This document shows, one piece after another, positions 48,649-52,940 of a DNA stretch of 52,940 nucleotides. The notes below the pieces were generated by a model that saw only the letters and a list, made by a program, of their open reading frames with translations, had not been told where the DNA came from and ran no database searches. Positions within the stretch are counted from its first letter, which is position 1. Each line of letters starts with the position of its first letter. The stretch lies in the IMG/VR virus record IMGVR_UViG_3300048587_001100, positions 1 through 52,940 of that record. The stretch is one strand, 5' to 3'. This stretch comes from a virus. Its lineage: Duplodnaviria > Caudoviricetes. The position numbers and the translations under genes were made by a program.

Positions 48649-50229
48649 ATGGCGGATCGCAAGGCACTCATCGGCGAAGTTCTGGATGGCGTCGTCCTGC
48701 ACGAACAGGACCAGTGGACCCCCGGCAGTGATCGGCTGGCCGACCCCGAGGGTCGCGTGCTGGCGCTGCTGACGGAGATCCCGGCGGAAGGCGGCGGTTC
48801 GGGGGGCGGCATTCCCGCGACCCGCACCATCCATGTCGATCCCGATCGCACCGACACCTACACCGCCGACGGGTCGGTCAGCCTGCCGTTCAAGACCGCC
48901 CAGGCCGGCCTCGACGCCCTCATGGCACTGACCGCCGTCAGCAGCGAAGTCAACGGCGTGCTGCGCTTCGCTCCGTCTCGGGCCTATGTCACCGAGACCA
49001 GCCAACTGGTCATGACGCTGCCGACCGACGCCTCGGCCGCCCGTCGCCTGGCCATCGTGGGCGACTCGGTCAGCGCGGCGAACACCGTCATCCTGCCGCC
49101 GCTGCGGATCGACGCCCCCGGCAACGGGTCTGTCAACTTCATCGCCATGCGCGGCCTGTGCTTCGCCGGTATCACCGGCGGCGCGGCCCAGGTGCTGCAC
49201 GTGCAGGGCCACGCCAGCTTCACCGGCCAGATCCGGATGTATCTCAGCGACATGCAGTTCCACACCAACAGCAAGGCGACCGACGCCTTCTACGTGGACG
49301 CGGTGGGCGGCGGCTCGTTTGGCCTGTACGGCGTGGGCCACACCAATTTCGTCGTGCACTCTTCCGGGACGGGCCACGCCATACGCATGGAGCGCGGCTG
49401 GATGAACCTCCGCGGTGCCAACGTCTGGGGCGGCTCGGCGGCGGCCATCAACCTGTCCGGCAGCGCGTCCGTCACGCTCTGGAGCGGCGAACTCACCGTC
49501 GCCGGCGGCACCGACACGAACCTGGTCACCCTGGCCGGCACCGCCGGTCTGCACCTGAACACGGTCTACGCCAACCCGCGCGGCAATGGCCACATCGTGA
49601 CGCACAGCGGCACGGGCGTGATCAGCCTGCGCGACGTGAACACGGGCCAGCTCCCTGGCGGAGGTACCGGCGGCATTGACGCCGCGGCGGGTGCAACGGC
49701 GCTGCTGGGCGTGGTGACCAAGGCGGACGGCTCGCCGGTGCCGGTCACCGTGGCCAGCGCCGCGTTGCTGGGCCGCGTTGTGCCCTCGGCCCAAGTGGGT
49801 TACGTCAACACGACCTCGGGCTTGACCGCGGTCACGGCGCAGGCGGCCATCGATGAACTGGCGGCCGACCTCAGCGCCATGGCTGCGGATGGCGTCAGCT
49901 TCGACAACACCGCCAGCGGCCTGACCGCCACGGATGTGCAGGCCGCGATTGATGAGTTGAAGGGTCAGATCGCGGCGCAGCCTGCGTTCGAAGTGGTCGC
50001 CGGCGCTGGTTTGGCCGCCGATGGCTCGACCTGGAGCGTGGCGGTCGATGACACCACGATCGAGATCAACGGTTCGGGCCTCGTGGCGCTCAAGCCCTAC
50101 CTGGATGGCTCCAGCGACGGTGCCTCGGGCAGCGCCTGGGCCACCTCGGCACCCGCGAGCCTAAAGGCCGCCATCGACCGGTTGGCCACTCAGCTTGCCG
50201 CGCACCTGGGCGGCGCGATCCCCGCGTAA
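48649..50229 (+). CDS. Head/neck fibre or spike protein with a beta-helix-like core
   Basis: HVD...DGS...PFKT.Q beta-helix cap; G/T/A-rich; two SGLTAxxxQAAIDEL repeats; VDDTTIEING. Confidence 0.7.
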   Translation: MADRKALIGEVLDGVVLHEQDQWTPGSDRLADPEGRVLALLTEIPAEGGGSGGGIPATRTIHVDPDRTDTYTADGSVSLPFKTAQAGLDALMALTAVSSEVNGVLRFAPSRAYVTETSQLVMTLPTDASAARRLAIVGDSVSAANTVILPPLRIDAPGNGSVNFIAMRGLCFAGITGGAAQVLHVQGHASFTGQIRMYLSDMQFHTNSKATDAFYVDAVGGGSFGLYGVGHTNFVVHSSGTGHAIRMERGWMNLRGANVWGGSAAAINLSGSASVTLWSGELTVAGGTDTNLVTLAGTAGLHLNTVYANPRGNGHIVTHSGTGVISLRDVNTGQLPGGGTGGIDAAAGATALLGVVTKADGSPVPVTVASAALLGRVVPSAQVGYVNTTSGLTAVTAQAAIDELAADLSAMAADGVSFDNTASGLTATDVQAAIDELKGQIAAQPAFEVVAGAGLAADGSTWSVAVDDTTIEINGSGLVALKPYLDGSSDGASGSAWATSAPASLKAAIDRLATQLAAHLGGAIPA

Positions 50230-50243
50230 TCGAGGTAGCGGTC

Positions 50244-50648
50244 ATGGTCGAAATGAAGGTCAAGCTGAAGCCGCGTGAGGGTCTGAACGCCAAGCGCGTG
50301 AAATGGTCGGCGGACCGCTCCACCTTCAAGAACCTCGGCCACGCCGGTGCCGCGATCCGGCTCACCGCCAAACGCAGCATACGTAAGAGCAAAAAGGCGT
50401 CAACACCGGGGGCACCGCCGCACACGAGGCAGGGTCAGCTCAAGCGGGCGGTGGTCTACGCGGTGGAGAAGAGCAAGCAGAAGGTCGTCATCGGCCCCAC
50501 GCACGAGTTGGTCGGGCCGTCGGCCATGGCCCACGAGTTCGGCGGACGGTTCCGGGGCGACCAGTACCCCAAGCGCCCACTGATGGGGCCGGCACTGGAA
50601 AAGAACCTCGACCGATTGCCCAAGTTCTGGGCGGGGTCGGTTCGCTGA
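50244..50648 (+). CDS. Tail completion / virion morphogenesis protein
   Basis: STPGAPPHTRQGQLK...HEFGG...YPKRP.MGPAL. Confidence 0.75.
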   Translation: MVEMKVKLKPREGLNAKRVKWSADRSTFKNLGHAGAAIRLTAKRSIRKSKKASTPGAPPHTRQGQLKRAVVYAVEKSKQKVVIGPTHELVGPSAMAHEFGGRFRGDQYPKRPLMGPALEKNLDRLPKFWAGSVR

Positions 50649-50680
50649 CCTCAATCTTCCGGGGGAAGGAGTAGATCGTC

Positions 50681-51109
50681 ATGGGCATCAAGCTCGGTTC
50701 GGAATGCAAGCTCTACCACGGTCCGGCAGGCACGACCGCCGACACCGTGATGGGCAACGTCAGGGACCTGACGCTCAACCTGGAAAAGGGCGAGGCGGAT
50801 GTGACCACCCGCGCCAACCAGGGCTGGCGCGCCATCGTGGCCACGCTCAAGAGCGGCACCGTCGAGTTCGAGATGGTCTGGGATACGGATGACGCCGGCT
50901 TCACGGCCCTGAAGAACGCGTACTTCAACAACACCGCCATCGCTCTGGCCATCCTCGACGGCGAGAACGGCGAGGGTTTGGACGCTGACTTCAGCGTGAC
51001 CAACTTCAGCCGCAGCGAGCCGCTGGAGGAAGCGGTGACCGTCAGCGTGACGGTGAAACCCACGTACTCAACCCGCGCTCCGGCCTGGATTGAAGGAGGT
51101 ACGCCCTGA
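50681..51109 (+). CDS. Major tail tube protein
   Basis: VRDLTL...EADVTTR...FSRSEPLEE; precedes the chaperone. Confidence 0.8.
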   Translation: MGIKLGSECKLYHGPAGTTADTVMGNVRDLTLNLEKGEADVTTRANQGWRAIVATLKSGTVEFEMVWDTDDAGFTALKNAYFNNTAIALAILDGENGEGLDADFSVTNFSRSEPLEEAVTVSVTVKPTYSTRAPAWIEGGTP

Positions 51110-51654
51110 TGAAGACGTTCATTGACAACGCCGGCCGCACCTGGACCGTGGCCATCAACGTCAACGCCATCAAGCGGGTCAAGGGCCTCACGGGCGTGAA
51201 CCTGCTGGACGTGGTGAACGGTGATGCCGACCCGCGCGATGGCGGCCTCCTGGGCAAGCTGAGCAGCGACCCCATTCTGCTCTGCGACATTCTGTACGCA
51301 GTGTGCAAGCCCGAAGCCGACCCCCGGAACGTGAGCGATGAGGATTTCGGGCGGGCCATGGCCGGTGACGCCATCGACGCGGGCACGACCGCGCTGCTGG
51401 AGGAGCTGGTGGATTTTTTCCCGCAGGCGAAGCGCCGCGTGCTCGACAAGGCGCTTCGCAAACTGCGGTCGCTGGAGGCCCGGGTGATCGACCTGGCGGA
51501 GCGCCGGATGGACAGCCCGCAGATCGATCGGGCGATGGATCAAGCCATGGCCGACCTCGACCCCCCGGAAGCAGGGGCAGAACTTCCAGGGTCGACGCCG
51601 CCAGACTCATCGCCGAGCTCGCCGGGATCGCCGCGGTTGACCCTGGTCCGCTGA
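51109..51654 (+). CDS. Tail assembly chaperone
   Basis: MKTFIDNAGRTW...LLEELVDFFP; follows the tail tube. Confidence 0.75.
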   Translation: MKTFIDNAGRTWTVAINVNAIKRVKGLTGVNLLDVVNGDADPRDGGLLGKLSSDPILLCDILYAVCKPEADPRNVSDEDFGRAMAGDAIDAGTTALLEELVDFFPQAKRRVLDKALRKLRSLEARVIDLAERRMDSPQIDRAMDQAMADLDPPEAGAELPGSTPPDSSPSSPGSPRLTLVR

Positions 51655-51923
51655 CCCTCCGCGAGTTGGTCTGGATGGCCGAGGCCCGCCAGCGCGAAGC
51701 GTGGAGCCGGACCTCCACACTGTTGGCCATGATCGCCAACGTCGCCCGCGCGATGGGCGGCAAGTCCAGTTCGACTTCAACCAAGACGTTTAAGCCATCG
51801 GATTTCGACCCGTTCGAGCAGCGGAAGCAGGCCGAGGCGGAAGCGCTGCCGGGCAGCATTCGCCTGCTCAAGGACGTGTTCGTCAAGCCCAATCCGGGTG
51901 TTCCCAAAGGGAGCAAGCCATGA
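51414..51923 (+). CDS. Frameshift-extended chaperone segment (gpT/E'-like); start depends on the shift site
   Basis: The -1 frame is open from 51369 to 51923 and reads ...ELAGIAAVDPGPLTLRELVWMAEAR...PSDFDPF; candidate heptamers T TTT TTC (51414) and C CCC CCG (51561). Confidence 0.6.
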   Translation, partial: FFPAGEAPRARQGASQTAVAGGPGDRPGGAPDGQPADRSGDGSSHGRPRPPGSRGRTSRVDAARLIAELAGIAAVDPGPLTLRELVWMAEARQREAWSRTSTLLAMIANVARAMGGKSSSTSTKTFKPSDFDPFEQRKQAEAEALPGSIRLLKDVFVKPNPGVPKGSKP

Positions 51924-52480
51924 AGCTGAGCACGTGGTTCATCATCGCGGCGGTGGTGGTGGCACTGGTGAGTTGCTCAGGCTGTGTTCAAGCCGGCCGC
52001 ATCGTCACCGAAACCTATGACCCCGCCCCCGGACGGGGCCTGATCCGTCGCGTGATCGTCGAGCAGCCGGGTAAGGCGGTCGAGCCCGCGACGCTGCAGC
52101 AGGTGGATCGCACTGAGCCGATGGTGCCGATCATCCACGCCTCCACCGGCGCTCGTCAGCCGATCGATCACGCCGCGGTGAAGCGGTCCGGCATCATTAC
52201 GTGGTCGGGCGTGGCGCTGTGCGTGCTCGGGGCCGGCCTGTTGGTGGTGCGCTCGTGGGTGCCGGTGGTCCCGATCGGCGCGAGTCTGGCGGCCATGGGC
52301 GTGGGCCTGGTGCTGCTGTGGCTGCCCACGTTGTTTGAGCAGTACAGCTGGTTGTTCCTGGCCCTGATCGGCGGCGTGGCGCTCCTGTACCTCACCAGCG
52401 GCATCGACAACATCGTGAAGCTGCGGGCCAACAAGCCGAGTGGTGCGGACTCGCGAGCGCCGCCTGTCATCCAGTCTTGA
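51920..52480 (+). CDS. Lipoprotein-signal membrane protein with about three C-terminal TM helices
   Basis: MKLSTWFIIAAVVVALVSCSGC lipobox-like signal; hydrophobic C-terminal half. Confidence 0.65.
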   Translation: MKLSTWFIIAAVVVALVSCSGCVQAGRIVTETYDPAPGRGLIRRVIVEQPGKAVEPATLQQVDRTEPMVPIIHASTGARQPIDHAAVKRSGIITWSGVALCVLGAGLLVVRSWVPVVPIGASLAAMGVGLVLLWLPTLFEQYSWLFLALIGGVALLYLTSGIDNIVKLRANKPSGADSRAPPVIQS

Positions 52481-52538
52481 GCCGCGCGTGACGTCGTGTT
52501 CCCTGCCCAATCACCTTCCTTTTCTGGAGGATTTCAAC

Positions 52539-52940
52539 ATGACCGACGCTGTTCTGGACCACCCCGTGATCGAATCCCTGCCTTCGGGCAAGCACATGGT
52601 CGTGGTCGGGCTGTACTGCGGTGACGCCCAGCACACCGACCTGACCGACGCCGGCAGCGCCGAGGGCGAAGCCCTCATCCTGGCCGAGCTGACCAAAGCC
52701 ATCGAAGCGACCAAGCCGATCGTATCCAATCGCCCCGGCAGCCTGATCGCCACCGTCAGTGTCGGTGAGCACGACCAGACCATCGATGTGCACGACTGGA
52801 TCGGCTACGCCGACCTGCAGGTGCAACTCTTCGCCGCCTGGCAGCGCATCGCCCGCACCGCCGCGGTGGCCAACGCCATCGGCGACAAGGCGACGGTCGC
52901 CCCTCACGCGCAGAAGGTGGCCGAGTTCTTTCGCCGCTGA
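52539..52940 (+). CDS. Hypothetical protein
   Basis: GGAGG SD before ATG 52539; 133 aa. Confidence 0.65.
   Translation: MTDAVLDHPVIESLPSGKHMVVVGLYCGDAQHTDLTDAGSAEGEALILAELTKAIEATKPIVSNRPGSLIATVSVGEHDQTIDVHDWIGYADLQVQLFAAWQRIARTAAVANAIGDKATVAPHAQKVAEFFRR

Larger units (their letters stand above)
24762..52940 (+). mobile_element. Prophage element 2 (large serine recombinase, GpA-type terminase, lambda-type portal, protease-capsid fusion); continues beyond the window
   Basis: Recombinase at the tRNA junction followed by recombination, replication, packaging, head and tail modules. Confidence 0.9.

Noticed and set aside
48379-50229. Diversity-generating retroelement TR/VR pair
   Set aside because: The similarity is at protein-motif level only, with no near-identical DNA repeat differing at adenines and no reverse transcriptase in the window.

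Overview
GC-rich bacterial DNA. The gene families suggest a Planctomycetota-like host, but that is inference only. The window holds two unrelated prophage-like elements joined at the 3' remnant of a tRNA-Pro(CGG) gene (24735-24781). Element 1 (left, all genes on the - strand, about 2.2-24.8 kb, left end not visible) has a tyrosine integrase with non-canonical catalytic motifs and TGTACCCC arm-type repeats, an AEP-like replication protein followed by an 18-bp pseudo-palindromic repeat array, two unusual sigma-70-like factors, HNH, ParB-like protein, C5 methyltransferase, a complete HK97-type head and a minimal siphophage tail. No fibre, lysis or repressor gene is recognisable. A GHKL-ATPase/PD-(D/E)XK nuclease fusion (candidate defence gene) lies at the far left. 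Element 2 (right, 24.76 kb to beyond the window end) has a large serine recombinase whose last codons and stop come from the tRNA antisense strand, and whose C-terminal coding region doubles as a terminator on the tRNA strand. It is co-oriented with a small ORF and a sigma-like gene with a structured leader. These are followed by RecE/Sak4/DUF669/RusA/helicase/primase-helicase, an iteron origin with a DnaA box, a ParB-methylase, a counter-oriented cassette of small genes, and lambda/Mu-like head and tail genes. The most novel-looking parts are the two-recombinase tRNA junction, the sigma-based and apparently repressor-less control modules, and the AEP-like Rep with its repeat array. All calls come from reading motifs by eye; no database searches were run.
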